DNA of 32,000 nt from Acaryochloris marina MBIC11017 (GTDB lineage: Bacteria > Cyanobacteriota > Cyanobacteriia > Thermosynechococcales > Thermosynechococcaceae), in contig NC_009928.1 of the NCBI RefSeq assembly GCF_000018105.1, positions 241,122-273,121 on the forward strand, read 5' to 3'. The position numbers and the translations under genes are program-made. This document shows, one piece after another, positions 31,623 through 32,000 of the stretch. How positions within the stretch are numbered: position 1 is the stretch's first letter; the number at the start of each line of letters is the position of its first letter. The notes under the pieces are model-generated. The model saw nothing but the letters and a program-made list of their open reading frames with translations, was not told where the DNA came from and searched no databases.

Positions 31623-31633
31623 AATGTACCGCC
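31623..31633 (-). promoter_or_regulatory. Backbone motif copy upstream of the T4CP operon (minus strand GGCGGTACATT)
   Basis: aatgtaccgcc lies in the intergenic region between the divergent T4CP operon and the Uma2 gene. Confidence 0.4.
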
Positions 31634-31744
31634 ATGTGGTATTTGGGGTGGGGTGGTGGTGTAGTGGGAGCTTTAGGAACTGAGTTAACAAGCTACAGTA
31701 AGAATGAATCTCAAGCTAAGCCCGTCAAGGAATGGGGAAGTGTA

Positions 31745-32000
31745 GTGACAGCTTATACCATTGACTTCAGCCCAATTACCAAACTCACAGATGAGCAGTT
31801 TGACCTTCTCTGTGAGGCCAATCCTGAAATTAAGTTTGAGCGCACCCCAACTGGAGAACTTGTCATTATGCCGCCAACTGGTGGGGAAACGGGTCGAGGT
31901 AATGCAAAACTTACCTCCCGATTCGTTGTTTGGAGCGAACGATATGGCCTTGGTGAAGTCTTTGATTCATCCACCTGTTTCAGAATTCCTAGTGGTGGTG
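31745..32000 (+). CDS. Uma2-family (DUF820) endonuclease, N-terminal part; the gene runs off the window
   Basis: My own translation from GTG 31745 is MTAYTIDFSPITKLTDEQFDLLCEANPEIKFERTPTGELVIMPPTGGETGRGNAKLTSRFVVWSERYGLGEVFDSSTCFRIPSGG. This is the typical Uma2 pattern (ER...GEL..MPPTGGETG...FDS..GF). Confidence 0.85.
   Translation, partial: MTAYTIDFSPITKLTDEQFDLLCEANPEIKFERTPTGELVIMPPTGGETGRGNAKLTSRFVVWSERYGLGEVFDSSTCFRIPSGG

Noticed and set aside
1-32000. Search by eye for tRNA, rRNA, transposase/IS ends, integrase, restriction-modification, toxin-antitoxin pairs or known defence-system hallmarks
   Set aside because: None was recognised. The Uma2 fragment and small unknown ORFs are the only nuclease- or TA-like candidates, and their sequences give no support for such a call.

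Overview
The window looks like part of a cyanobacterial plasmid or another conjugative or mobilisable element. Supporting signs are HIP1 GCGATCGC sites, a cyAbrB-type regulator, Uma2, DUF4347 and a sigma70-family factor. I found no rRNA, tRNA, CRISPR/cas or transposase genes, and no T4SS channel genes.

It divides into two halves.

(1) 1-16 kb is plus-strand cargo. It holds two DUF4259 paralogues with conserved leaders, small unknown genes, a cyAbrB-like regulator, HU, a sigma70-family factor and an orphan STAS anti-sigma antagonist. It also holds a truncated HU/DUF4347 junction, a noncoding-rich stretch with a four-copy structured repeat family, a regulator with an HTH-like module and three receiver domains (including a near-identical 438-bp internal tandem duplication), a Cache/HAMP hybrid histidine kinase, and a large RTX (GGxGxD) protein.

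(2) 16-32 kb is the backbone, mostly on the minus strand. It holds unknown genes, a YlqD-like protein and a ParM-like actin ATPase with a small acidic-tailed partner. It also holds a divergent 1869-codon MOBF-type relaxase-helicase ORF ending in a Toprim-like (DUF3854-type) domain, a 752-aa repeat protein, a VirD4/TraG-type coupling protein, and the start of an Uma2 gene.

Most interesting observations:
- A strand-locked 11-nt motif (minus strand GGnGGyAyATT) sits 24-46 nt upstream of six backbone start codons. It also forms two phased arrays: 5 copies at about 42 bp and 3 copies at exactly 45 bp.
- About eight GTAGT iterons at helical phasing lie between parM and the relaxase gene.
- A 504-nt segment inside the relaxase ORF is open in two sense frames, and the embedded frame looks like the real coding frame.
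- A four-copy hairpin-plus-core repeat family has covarying stems.

All calls rest on reading the sequence and on remembered family motifs. No database search was possible.
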